Positions 1 through 10,737 of a DNA stretch of 64,000 nucleotides are shown in pieces. The stretch lies in NCBI RefSeq assembly GCF_000006765.1, contig NC_002516.2; one strand, written 5' to 3'. The stretch is from Pseudomonas aeruginosa PAO1. Lineage in GTDB: Bacteria > Pseudomonadota > Gammaproteobacteria > Pseudomonadales > Pseudomonadaceae. The notes under the pieces are model-generated. The model was not told the DNA's origin and ran no database searches. It was given only the letters and a program-made list of their open reading frames with translations. The position numbers and the translations under genes were made by a program. Position 1 is the first letter of the stretch. Every line of letters begins with the position of its first letter.

Positions 1-744
1 GTCAAGAGCGCCTTCGGCCTAGACCCGGCGTTCGGCGGCCTGCTCGGCAGCGCCATCGTGATGGGCGTCAAGCGTGGCGTCTTCGCCAACGAGGCCGGCC
101 TGGGCAGCGCGCCGAACGTCGCCGCGGTCGCCGCCGTGCGCCATCCGGCGGCACAGGGCGTGGTCCAGGCCTTCAGCGTGTTCCTCGACACCTTCGTGAT
201 CTGCACCTGCACCGCCCTGCTGATCCTGCTCTCGGGCTTCTACACCCCGGGCTTCGAAGGCGACGGCATCGTCCTCACCCAGAACTCCCTGGCCGCGGTG
301 GTCGGCGACTGGGGCCGGGTGTTCGTCAGCGTGGCCCTGTCGCTGTTCGTCTTCACCTGCATCCTCTACAACTTCTACCTGGGCGAGAACAGCCTACAGT
401 TCCTCAGCCGCAACCGCCTGGTGCTGATCGGCTACCGCGCGCTGGTGCTGGCCCTGGTGGTCTGGGGCTCGGTGCAGGACCTGTCCACCGTGTTCGCCTT
501 CGCCGACATCACCATGACCTGCCTGGCCTTCGTCAACCTGATGGCCCTGGCCCTGCTGTTCAAGGTCGGCCTGCGGGTGATGCGCGACTATGACGTGCAG
601 CGCCGCGCCGGGATCAAGCAACCGGTGTTCGACTCGGCGCAGTTCGCCGACCTCGACCTGGACCGCGAAGCCTGGCCCGCCGGCCAGCGCGCCGAGCCCC
701 CGGCGCAGGCGGACGCCGAGCCGCTGCCGAGCGGCAATCGCTGA
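1..744 (+). CDS. AGCS-family alanine/glycine:cation symporter, 5'-truncated by window edge
   Basis: Frame is open from base 1. GVKRGVFANEAGLGSAP motif, DTFVICTCTA, multiple TM segments. Confidence 0.9.
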   Translation, partial: VKSAFGLDPAFGGLLGSAIVMGVKRGVFANEAGLGSAPNVAAVAAVRHPAAQGVVQAFSVFLDTFVICTCTALLILLSGFYTPGFEGDGIVLTQNSLAAVVGDWGRVFVSVALSLFVFTCILYNFYLGENSLQFLSRNRLVLIGYRALVLALVVWGSVQDLSTVFAFADITMTCLAFVNLMALALLFKVGLRVMRDYDVQRRAGIKQPVFDSAQFADLDLDREAWPAGQRAEPPAQADAEPLPSGNR

Positions 745-843
745 GTTTCGCGCAGGCGCCCTCCCCCCGGAGCGGCGCCTGCGCCACAATGGTGTCCCCT
801 CTTCGCACGTCCGGCGCGAAAAGGCCCGACACAAGGATTACGG

Positions 844-1830
844 ATGCTCCCAGTCAAGAACCTCTTCGTGCTCTACACCGGCGGCACCATCGGCATGTTG
901 CAGACCCCGCAGGGACTGGCTCCGGCCGGTGGCTTCGAAGCGCGCATGCGCGACCACCTGCAAAGCCTCGGCGACGCCCCGGACCTGCGCTGGCGCTTCG
1001 CCGAACTGCAACCGCCGCTGGACAGCGCCAACATGACCCAGGGCAACTGGCTGGCGATGCGCGACGCCATCGTCGCCGCGCTCGACGCCGGCCACGACGG
1101 CGTGCTGCTCCTGCACGGCACCGACACCCTGGCCTACAGCGCCGCGGCGCTGTCCTTCCTGCTCCTCGACCTGCCGATCCCGGTGCTGCTGACCGGCTCC
1201 ATGCTGCCGGCCGGCGCGCCGGGCAGCGATGCCTGGGACAACCTGGTCGGCGCCCTGCGCGTCCTCCAGGAGGGCCACGCGCGCGGCGTACAGGTCTATT
1301 TCAACGATGCCCTGCTGCACGGCGCGCGAGTCAGCAAGCTGCGCAGCGACGCGTTCGACGCCTTCGCCGAACTGCCGCGACCGCGCCACGCCGAGCATGC
1401 GCCGGTGCCTGCGGCGCTCGGCTACCGCCAGCCGCGCCGGGAAGTGAACCTCGCCGTGCTGCCGCTCTATCCAGGGCTGCGCGCCGCGCACCTGCGCGGG
1501 CTGCTCGACAGCGGCGTGGAAGCGCTGCTGCTGGAATGCTATGGCAGCGGCACCGGCCCGTCCGACGACGAGGAGCTGCTGGCGCTGCTGCGCGAAGCCC
1601 ACGCCCGCGGCGTGCTGCTCGCCGCGGTCAGCCAGTGCGCCTACGGCCAGGTCGAGTTCGGCGTCTACGCCGCCGGCAGCCGCCTGCGCGACGCCGGCCT
1701 GCTCTCGGCTGGCGGAATGACCCGCGAGGCGGCCCTGGGCAAGCTCTTCGGCCTGCTCGGCGCCGGCCTCGGACGCGACGAAGCGCAACGCTGGTTCGCC
1801 CTCGACCTGTGCGGCGAGAACGCCGACTGA
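844..1830 (+). CDS. ansA: L-asparaginase type I (cytoplasmic)
   Basis: YTGGTIGM and HGTDTLAY catalytic Thr motifs; no signal peptide. Confidence 0.92.
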   Translation: MLPVKNLFVLYTGGTIGMLQTPQGLAPAGGFEARMRDHLQSLGDAPDLRWRFAELQPPLDSANMTQGNWLAMRDAIVAALDAGHDGVLLLHGTDTLAYSAAALSFLLLDLPIPVLLTGSMLPAGAPGSDAWDNLVGALRVLQEGHARGVQVYFNDALLHGARVSKLRSDAFDAFAELPRPRHAEHAPVPAALGYRQPRREVNLAVLPLYPGLRAAHLRGLLDSGVEALLLECYGSGTGPSDDEELLALLREAHARGVLLAAVSQCAYGQVEFGVYAAGSRLRDAGLLSAGGMTREAALGKLFGLLGAGLGRDEAQRWFALDLCGENAD

Positions 1831-2044
1831 CCGCCCTGCGGCCGCCCGCCGGCGGCCGCTTCCTTCAGCCCTCCCCGCGATACGCGACAACGCCGGCGGC
1901 CCGCCCGTGCCCGGCGCCCATCGTCAAGCTTCAGCGAACAGTGTTTCCGGCCTTCCCCGGTTTATCCCCCGGCGGCGAGTCCACAGGATGTCGCCTTCCG
2001 CTGCCGGCCCCGCCGGCATCCGCCCACAAGGAGGAAACACCTGC

Positions 2045-3031
2045 ATGTACGCCATCGCCGAAGACACCCTTCCCGCACGCGTATTGAAAGAACTGTTGCT
2101 CTATCGCCGCCGTTACCCCGAGCATCGCCAGAGCGCCAGCGAAGCGGACGAGATCCGCCGCATCGAACAGGTCCAGTTGCCGCGCATCGCCGCCTTCATC
2201 GAAGCCGGCGAGCCCATCGAATTCGTCCTGCCGGCGTTTCCGGCCAAGTCGCCGAACCCCGGCAAGGTCCTCGACAGCCGTCCGGACATGGCCGAGCGCC
2301 TGTCGCTGTCGTTCCTCAACCACCTGTGCCAGCGCATCCAGCTGTTCTATGCACCGGGCGCGAAGATCACCGTCTGCTCCGACGGCCGGGTGTTCGGCGA
2401 CCTGGTGAGGATCGGCGATGCGCACATCAGCGCCTACCAGGATGCCTTGCGCCTGATGATCGAGGAGATCGGCGCCACCCATATCGGCGTGTTCAACCTG
2501 GAGGACGTACGCGCCTTCGAGGCCCAGCGTGACAACCACGAGCAGCTCCGCCAGTTGCTGATCGGCGGCTACGCCGAGCCGCTGGAAAGCATCCGCGAGA
2601 CCCTGCTGGCCAGCGAAGAAGGCCTGCTGCTGTACCGCGCCATCACCCGTTTCCTCTACGAGGACGGCCTGACCCCCGACTACCAGGGTTCGAAGACTGC
2701 CCTGCAACGCGACGCCAAGGAGCGCGCCTACGGGGTGATCCAGCGCAGCTGGGCCTGGGGCGCGCTGCTGGCCGACCAGTTCCCCCGCGCGATCCGCCTG
2801 TCCATCCATCCGCAGCCGGCGGACAGTCTGAAGTTCGGCATCCACATGATGCCGACCCGCGACGACTGGCTGACGCCCTGGCACGGCGTGGCGGTGAACA
2901 CCGAGGACCGCTTCGTGCTGATGAAGCGCAGCGAGGTGCTGGAACTCGGCGGCGAGCTGGTGCAGATCAACGGCCAGCCCAGTCACTACCGCCTGCCGGC
3001 CAGGGCCGCCCGGCGCGCCGCCGTGGCCTGA
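2045..3031 (+). CDS. pvcA: Isonitrile (isocyanide) synthase PvcA
   Basis: FVLPAFPAKSPN, CSDGRVFGD, RLSIHPQ and TPWHGV motifs. ATG at 2045 follows AGGAGG and gives 328 aa. Confidence 0.93.
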   Translation: MYAIAEDTLPARVLKELLLYRRRYPEHRQSASEADEIRRIEQVQLPRIAAFIEAGEPIEFVLPAFPAKSPNPGKVLDSRPDMAERLSLSFLNHLCQRIQLFYAPGAKITVCSDGRVFGDLVRIGDAHISAYQDALRLMIEEIGATHIGVFNLEDVRAFEAQRDNHEQLRQLLIGGYAEPLESIRETLLASEEGLLLYRAITRFLYEDGLTPDYQGSKTALQRDAKERAYGVIQRSWAWGALLADQFPRAIRLSIHPQPADSLKFGIHMMPTRDDWLTPWHGVAVNTEDRFVLMKRSEVLELGGELVQINGQPSHYRLPARAARRAAVA

Positions 3032-3048
3032 GCCCGAGGAGCCAGACG

Positions 3049-3924
3049 ATGAACGCCTATCTCAGCGATCAACCGGTACGTCTCTCGCCGCTGCGCGACG
3101 AACAGGGCAACCAGCCGCGCTTCGGCCTGCTGCTGGAGCCCGGCCGCCCCGGCATGCACGTCGGCGAGCTGCCGGCGCAGTGGCTCAAGGGCCTGGCTCG
3201 CAGCCACCACCTGCTGCTCCTGCGCGGCTTCGCCGCCTTCGCCGACGCCGAGAGCCTGACCCGCTACTGCCACGACTTCGGCGAAGTCATGCTGTGGCCG
3301 TTCGGCGCGGTGCTCGAGCTGGTGGAACAGGAAGGCGCCGAGGACCACATCTTCGCCAACAACTACGTGCCGCTGCACTGGGACGGCATGTACCTGGAGA
3401 CGGTCCCGGAATTCCAGGTGTTCCACTGTGTCGACGCGCCCGGCGACAGCGACGGCGGCCGCACCACCTTCAGCTCGACCCCGGCGGCGCTGCAACTGGC
3501 CGACAGTAGCGAGCTGGAACTCTGGCGCCGCGCCAGCGGCCGGTACCAGCGCAGCGCGGCGCACTACAGCAGCCGCTCGGCGGCGCCGATAGTCGAGCGC
3601 CACCCGCGCCGCGAATTCCCCATCCTGCGTTTCTGCGAACCGCCGGTCGAGGGCGACGCCAGCTTCATCAACCCCTCCGAGTTCCACTACGACGGCATCG
3701 CCCCGGAACAGCGCGGCGAACTGCTCGCCAGCCTGCGCCGCTGCCTGTACCACCCACAGGCGCACTACGCCCACCGCTGGCGCAGCGACGACCTGGTGAT
3801 CGCCGACAACCTGACCCTGTTGCACGGTCGCGAGGCCTTCGCCCACCGCGCGCCGCGCCACCTGCGGCGGGTGCATATCCACGCCGAGCCGGCGCTGCGC
3901 AACCCGCACCTGCAGCGCGACTGA
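3049..3924 (+). CDS. pvcB: Fe(II)/2-oxoglutarate oxygenase PvcB (TauD-like)
   Basis: PLHWDG (HxD) and DNLTLLHGR; directly follows pvcA. Confidence 0.93.
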   Translation: MNAYLSDQPVRLSPLRDEQGNQPRFGLLLEPGRPGMHVGELPAQWLKGLARSHHLLLLRGFAAFADAESLTRYCHDFGEVMLWPFGAVLELVEQEGAEDHIFANNYVPLHWDGMYLETVPEFQVFHCVDAPGDSDGGRTTFSSTPAALQLADSSELELWRRASGRYQRSAAHYSSRSAAPIVERHPRREFPILRFCEPPVEGDASFINPSEFHYDGIAPEQRGELLASLRRCLYHPQAHYAHRWRSDDLVIADNLTLLHGREAFAHRAPRHLRRVHIHAEPALRNPHLQRD

Positions 3925-3975
3925 CCGCCCCGCCGGCCGTGCGCGCCACGGCCGGCGTCCCGACAAGGAACCAGC

Positions 3976-5478
3976 ATGAGCCATTCCGTCCCCAACGCGC
4001 TGATGACCGGCGCCGACTATCTCGACAGCCTGCGCGACGGTCGCCAGGTCTACCTCAACGGCGAACGGGTCGCCGACGTCACCCGGCACAGGGCGTTCCG
4101 CAACGCCTGCCGCAGCATCGCCGGGCTCTACGACGGCCTCCACGGCGAGCAGCGCGACGTCCTCACCCGGGTCGATGCCCAGGGCCGCCGCAGCCACCGC
4201 TTCTTCACCCCCGCGCAGAACGCCGAGGACCTGCTCGGCGCGCGCGAGGCGATCGGCTGCTGGTCGCGCATGACCTACGGCTTCATGGGGCGTACCCCGG
4301 ACTACAAGGCGGCGTTCATGTCCGGGCTGGAGGCCGGCGCCGGCTTCTACGGCGACTACCGGCATAACGCCTGCGCCTGGCACCGCGCCTTCGCCGACCG
4401 CGGGCTGTTCCTCAACCACGCGATCATCAATCCGCCGCTGGACCGCAGCAAGGCGATCCACGAGATGCGCGACGTGTTCGTCCACGTCGAACGCGAGACC
4501 GACCAGGGTATCGTCGTCAGCGGGGCGAAGATGCTCGCCACCGGCAGCGCCATCACCAACGCCACCTTCGTCGCCCCGGTCGCCTCGGCGCAGATGGAGG
4601 CCGGCAAGGCCGAGGACTTCGCTGTTGTGTTCTTCGCCCGCATGGACAACCCCGGCCTGCGCCTGATGTGCCGGCCATCCTACGAGGAGCGCGCGAGCAG
4701 TCCCTTCGACTATCCGCTGTCCAGCCGCTTCGACGAGAACGACAGCGTGCTGCTGTTCGACAAGGCGCTGATTCCCTGGGAGGACGTCCTGGTCTACCGC
4801 GACCTGCGCCGCGCCACCGGCTTCTATGCCGAGTCGGGCTTCGCCAACCTGTACAACTTCCAGTCCGGCATCCGCCTCGGGGTGAAGCTGGAGCTGATGA
4901 TCGGCCTGCTTTCCCTCGGCGTGCGCGCCAATGGCACCCAGAGCTTCCGCGGGATACAGGCTGCCCTCGGCGAGCTGATCGCCCTGCAGCACCTGCTGCA
5001 GGCGCTGACCACCGCCATGGCCCGCGACCCGGAGCGCAACGCCGCCGGGTCGGCGGTGCCGCGCCTGGAGTACGCCAATGCCCTGCGCATCCAGGTGCCG
5101 CAGATCTGGAAGCGGGTCCGCGAGCTGCTGGAAAGCGCCCTCGGCGGCGCCCCGCTGGTCACCGTCTCGGGCGCCGCCGACCTGCGCGACGGCGAGGCGC
5201 GGCGGCTGGTGGACAGCTACTACCGCGGTGCCGAGCTGGAGCCGGAGCAGCGCCTGAAGCTGTTCAAGCTGATCTGGGACGCCACCGGCAGCGAGTTCGG
5301 CGCGCGCCACGCGGTCTATGAGAGCCATTATTCCGGCAATGCCGAGCAGATCCGCCTCGACTCGCTGGCCTGGGCCAGCCGTCGCGGGCACCTGGCCTAC
5401 TGCGAGGCGATGGTCCAGCGCTGTATGGCCGACTACGACATCCACGGCTGGCTGCGGGGGCCCTGGCAGCATGACTGA
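3976..5478 (+). CDS. pvcC: Flavin-dependent monooxygenase PvcC (HpaB-like)
   Basis: TGADYLDSLRDGRQVYLNGERV and SSRFDENDS, typical of the 4-hydroxyphenylacetate 3-hydroxylase family. Confidence 0.92.
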   Translation: MSHSVPNALMTGADYLDSLRDGRQVYLNGERVADVTRHRAFRNACRSIAGLYDGLHGEQRDVLTRVDAQGRRSHRFFTPAQNAEDLLGAREAIGCWSRMTYGFMGRTPDYKAAFMSGLEAGAGFYGDYRHNACAWHRAFADRGLFLNHAIINPPLDRSKAIHEMRDVFVHVERETDQGIVVSGAKMLATGSAITNATFVAPVASAQMEAGKAEDFAVVFFARMDNPGLRLMCRPSYEERASSPFDYPLSSRFDENDSVLLFDKALIPWEDVLVYRDLRRATGFYAESGFANLYNFQSGIRLGVKLELMIGLLSLGVRANGTQSFRGIQAALGELIALQHLLQALTTAMARDPERNAAGSAVPRLEYANALRIQVPQIWKRVRELLESALGGAPLVTVSGAADLRDGEARRLVDSYYRGAELEPEQRLKLFKLIWDATGSEFGARHAVYESHYSGNAEQIRLDSLAWASRRGHLAYCEAMVQRCMADYDIHGWLRGPWQHD

Positions 5479-6118
5479 GCGCAAACGCTGGCTGGCCGGC
5501 TGCCTCTCGGCCCTGCTTTCCCTGCCGCTGGCCGCCGCCGTGCCGGGCCCGGACGCGCCCGCCGACCTGGCGCGCGGCAAGGCGATGGCGCAGAAAATGT
5601 GCTCGCGCTGCCACGACGACGACGGCAACGGCGGGCCGCGGCCGAACCGCAGCTACCCGAAGCTCGCCGGGCTCGACCGGGAATACCTGTACAAGCAGAT
5701 CTACGACCTCAAGACCCAGCGCCGGCGCAACCCGGCCACCAACGGCCGCGGCGAGGAGCTGAGCGCGGCGGACGTGGTCAACGTCTCCGCCTGGTTCGCC
5801 GCCCAGCGCATGAGTGCCGGCGAGCAGACCCTGGCCGACCCGAGGCAACGCGAACGCGGCCGCCAGCTCTTCGAGAACGGCCTGGCGCAGCGCGGCGTAC
5901 CGCCCTGCGTCACCTGCCACGGGCCCGCCGCCCAGGGCCTGGCGGCGCTGAAGGCGCCGCGCCTGGCCGGGCAATGGGCGGAATACCTGGCAACCCAGTT
6001 GCACGGCTTCCGCGACGGCAAGCGCGGCAACAGCGCGACCATGCGCGCGGTCGCCGGCGGCCTGGAGGATAGCCACATCCAGGCGCTCGCCGGCTACCTG
6101 GGCAGCCTGGGGCCGTAG
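5471..6118 (+). CDS. pvcD: Di-heme c-type cytochrome PvcD
   Basis: Signal peptide, CSRCH and CVTCH heme motifs. Start overlaps the pvcC end; the stop TAG lies inside a REP GTAG. Confidence 0.9.
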   Translation: MTERKRWLAGCLSALLSLPLAAAVPGPDAPADLARGKAMAQKMCSRCHDDDGNGGPRPNRSYPKLAGLDREYLYKQIYDLKTQRRRNPATNGRGEELSAADVVNVSAWFAAQRMSAGEQTLADPRQRERGRQLFENGLAQRGVPPCVTCHGPAAQGLAALKAPRLAGQWAEYLATQLHGFRDGKRGNSATMRAVAGGLEDSHIQALAGYLGSLGP

Positions 6119-6328
6119 GGCGAATAACCGCTCGCGGTTATCCGCCGCCTATCCACGACGTCGGCGGCGGATAACGCCTGTGGCGTTATTCGCCCTACGC
6201 CAGTTGGAATGGCTTGCGACCGAGATGCTGCCGAAGCCCGATCCGTAGGGCGAATAACCGCTCGCGGTTATCCGCCGCCTATCCGTGACGTCGGCGGCGG
6301 ATAACGCCTGTGGCGTTATTCGCCCTAC
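6115..6328. repeat. Two 84-bp GTAG-family REP doublets (REPIN/BIME-like), 130-bp period
   Basis: Copies at 6115-6198 and 6245-6328 differ at 2 nt. Each is GTAGGGCGAATAAC...GTTATTCGCCCTAC with internal palindromes, lying between convergent pvcD and ptxR. Confidence 0.9.
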
Positions 6329-6354
6329 AGCCCCCCCAGCACGGATGCCCAGCC

Positions 6355-7293
6355 TCATTCGCTCTGCGCCAGGCGGAACGGCTCGCGACCGAGATGCTCG
6401 CGCAGCGACTCGATGAACGCCCTGACCCGCACCGGCATGTAGCGCGCCGAGGGGTACAGGGCATAGATGCCGCCCTGCGGCAGGCGCCAACCGGGCAGCA
6501 GCCGGACCAGCCGTCCGCGGGCGATCTCGCGGGCTACCAGGAAGCTCGGCAGCACGCTGACGCCGGCACCGTCGAGCACCAGGCGGTACACCGCCAGGGT
6601 GTTGTTCGCCAGCAGGCGCCCTCGGGTCTGTACCGTGGCACGCTCGCGCTGGCGTTCGAAGGTCCAGGTCCAGGGCGTGCTCAGGCGGGTATGGCCGATC
6701 CATTCGCAACGCGCCAGGTCGTGCGGCTGGAGCACCGGCGGCAGGCCGGCGAGGTATCCCGGCGTCGCCACGGCAACCTGCTGGAAGTCGCACAGCTTGC
6801 TGGCATGCAGGCCGGAGTCGCGCGGCCAGCCGATACGTACTGCGAGATCGATGCGCTGGCCGACCAGATCGCTGAACTGGTCATCGGCCAGCATTTCCAC
6901 CTGGACCTTGGGAAACTGCCGGATGAACGCCGCGGAAACGCTGCTGATGTGCCACTTGACGAAGTCCTGCGGCGCGGTGATGCGCAACCGGCCACTGGGC
7001 TCGCCCTGCAGGTCGCGCACATCGGAGAGCGCGCCGTCCAGCTCGCCGAGCATGCGCTGGGCCACGCCGAACAGCAGTTCGCCGCGATCGGTAAGGGTCA
7101 TGCGACGGGTGGTACGGGTCAGCAACTGGATCCCGAGGTCGGCCTCCAGGCGTCGCAACTGCTCGCTGAGTAGCGATTTCGACAAGCCCAGGGCCTCCGC
7201 CGCGGCGGTGAAGCTGTTGTGTTCGGCGACGGCGACGAAGGCATACAAGTGATTCAGGTTCAGATGATTCAATCGCTCCAGGGCGGCGCTCAT
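6355..7293 (-). CDS. ptxR: LysR-family regulator PtxR
   Basis: N-terminal HTH (HLYAFVAVAEHNSFTAAAEAL...SEQLRRLEADLG); 312 aa from ATG 7293; lies between pvcD and ptxS. Confidence 0.92.
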   Translation of the reverse strand: MSAALERLNHLNLNHLYAFVAVAEHNSFTAAAEALGLSKSLLSEQLRRLEADLGIQLLTRTTRRMTLTDRGELLFGVAQRMLGELDGALSDVRDLQGEPSGRLRITAPQDFVKWHISSVSAAFIRQFPKVQVEMLADDQFSDLVGQRIDLAVRIGWPRDSGLHASKLCDFQQVAVATPGYLAGLPPVLQPHDLARCEWIGHTRLSTPWTWTFERQRERATVQTRGRLLANNTLAVYRLVLDGAGVSVLPSFLVAREIARGRLVRLLPGWRLPQGGIYALYPSARYMPVRVRAFIESLREHLGREPFRLAQSE

Positions 7294-7771
7294 CCTGTCA
7301 TTCCTTAGCCGGGAAGTGGGTCCGGACGGGTCTTGTCGAAAAATCCTGCTGCGACGGAACGGCGGCATTCGACAGGACCCGCAACGATCGGTGAGCGTGA
7401 TGACGCGACCGGGCGGTCAGGTCGTCGATAAAGACCGCCAGGCGCGCATAAGTTTCAGCGCGCCACCTTCGTTTTCCGATAAATGAGAACTGCTTCAGAC
7501 GGTCGGCCGGGTGCTTTTCATGTCAGCGAAGCTCGCCTGATTGATCGCTTTCTACCGACAAAACCTTCTTAAAGTAGTTTCTCAAGTATTGGACAAACTT
7601 CCTTTTTATTTATGGAGATATGGCACATTCATTCCATTCGACATTAATAATTGCAAACCATCATTCGAAACGATTATTCGGTTTTCATGAACAACGTCCT
7701 GGCCTCATGCCTGGCTCGGCCCCGGTAGGCGTTTTTTTCCCGTTGACGGGCATCGGCCTTCTGGTATTTTC

Positions 7772-7785
7772 TGAAACCGGTTTCA
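7772..7785. promoter_or_regulatory. PtxS operator upstream of ptxS
   Basis: Perfect palindrome TGAAACCGGTTTCA, the established PtxS site. Confidence 0.9.
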
Positions 7786-7855
7786 ACTCCTGGCATCCGC
7801 TGGCGAAGACCAGCCGGACACACCAATAAGAACAGCACCAAGAGGTACCAGGTCC

Positions 7856-8878
7856 GTGAATGGTTCAGTACTGCCCAGCCGTGGCCGCGTCACCATCAAC
7901 CAGGTGGCCGAGGCCGCCGGCGTCTCCAAGGCCAGCGTGTCGCGCTATATCGGCGGCGACCGCCAGTTGCTCGCCGATGCCACCGCCCGGCGCATCGAGC
8001 GCGCCATCGACCAGCTCGACTACCGCCCCAACCAGATGGCCCGAGGCCTCAAGCGCGGGCGCACACGGCTGATCGGAATGCTGGTGGCGGACATCCTCAA
8101 CCCCTACTCCGTGGCCGTCATGCATGGCGTGGAAACCGCCTGCCGCGAACACGGCTACAGCCTGGTGGTGTGCAATACCGACCGCGACGACGAGCAGGAG
8201 CGTCATCACCTGGCCGCCCTGCAGTCCTACAACGTCGAAGGACTGATCGTGAACACCCTCGGCCACCATCCCGGCGAATTGCGCGCCCTGCACCGCGAAC
8301 TGCCGATGGTGCTGGTGGACCGCCAGTTGGCCGAGCTGGATACCGACCTGGTCGGCCTGGACAACGCCGACGCCGTCGAACAGGCCCTCGACCACCTGCA
8401 GCACCGCGGCTTCCGCGACATCCTGCTGGTCACCGAACCGCTCGACGGCACCAGCTCGCGGATCGAGCGGGTCCAGGCCTTCAATGCCTCCATCGGCCGG
8501 CGACCGGCGCTCAAGGGCCAGGTCCTGCAAACCGACGACTTCTTCCGCGACGGCCTGCGCGCCTTCCTTTCGGCCAGCGGCCCCGGGCCGAAGGCGCTGT
8601 TCACCTGCAACGGCGTCGCCACCCTCTGCGCCACCCGCCAACTGCGCGACCTCGGCTGCCGGCTGTTCGATGAGGTCGGCCTGCTGGCCCTGGACGAACT
8701 CGACTGGTACCCACTGGTGGGCAGCGGCATCACCGCCCTCGCCCAACCCACCGACGAAATCGGCCGCACCGCCTTCGAGCGCCTCCTGGCGCGACTCGAA
8801 GGCGACCGCGAGCCGGCGCGCCGGGTGACCTTCCCGGCGCAACTGATCGTTCGCGGCTCGACCCATCCACGCGGCTAG
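7856..8878 (+). CDS. ptxS: LacI-family repressor PtxS (2-ketogluconate responsive)
   Basis: VTINQVAEAAGVSKASVSRY HTH and YRPNQMARGLK; GTG start; 340 aa. Confidence 0.95.
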   Translation: MNGSVLPSRGRVTINQVAEAAGVSKASVSRYIGGDRQLLADATARRIERAIDQLDYRPNQMARGLKRGRTRLIGMLVADILNPYSVAVMHGVETACREHGYSLVVCNTDRDDEQERHHLAALQSYNVEGLIVNTLGHHPGELRALHRELPMVLVDRQLAELDTDLVGLDNADAVEQALDHLQHRGFRDILLVTEPLDGTSSRIERVQAFNASIGRRPALKGQVLQTDDFFRDGLRAFLSASGPGPKALFTCNGVATLCATRQLRDLGCRLFDEVGLLALDELDWYPLVGSGITALAQPTDEIGRTAFERLLARLEGDREPARRVTFPAQLIVRGSTHPRG

Positions 8879-8922
8879 CGGCCCGCCGCCGGCGCGTTGC
8901 CGGCGGCTTTCGCACGGCTTGA

Positions 8923-10675
<1,753 letters not shown>

Positions 10676-10737
10676 ACCCGCCGCCCACGCGGCACCTGTT
10701 GCGACAAGAACAAGACAAGCTCAGGAGATACCCGACC

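Noticed and set aside
6115-6328. Repeat-spacer-repeat pattern as a mini CRISPR array
   Set aside because: Only two 84-bp units, each a GTAG REP inverted doublet. No cas genes, and the spacer derives from ptxR.
6149-6793. ORF with a repeated peptide RRANNATGVIRRRR
   Set aside because: This is translation through the REP copies in an alternative frame overlapping ptxR.
7620-7829. 69-aa ORF in the AT-rich ptxR-ptxS intergenic region
   Set aside because: Atypical codon usage, the GGAGA is only 1 nt from the ATG, and it runs over the PtxS operator and promoter. More likely regulatory DNA.
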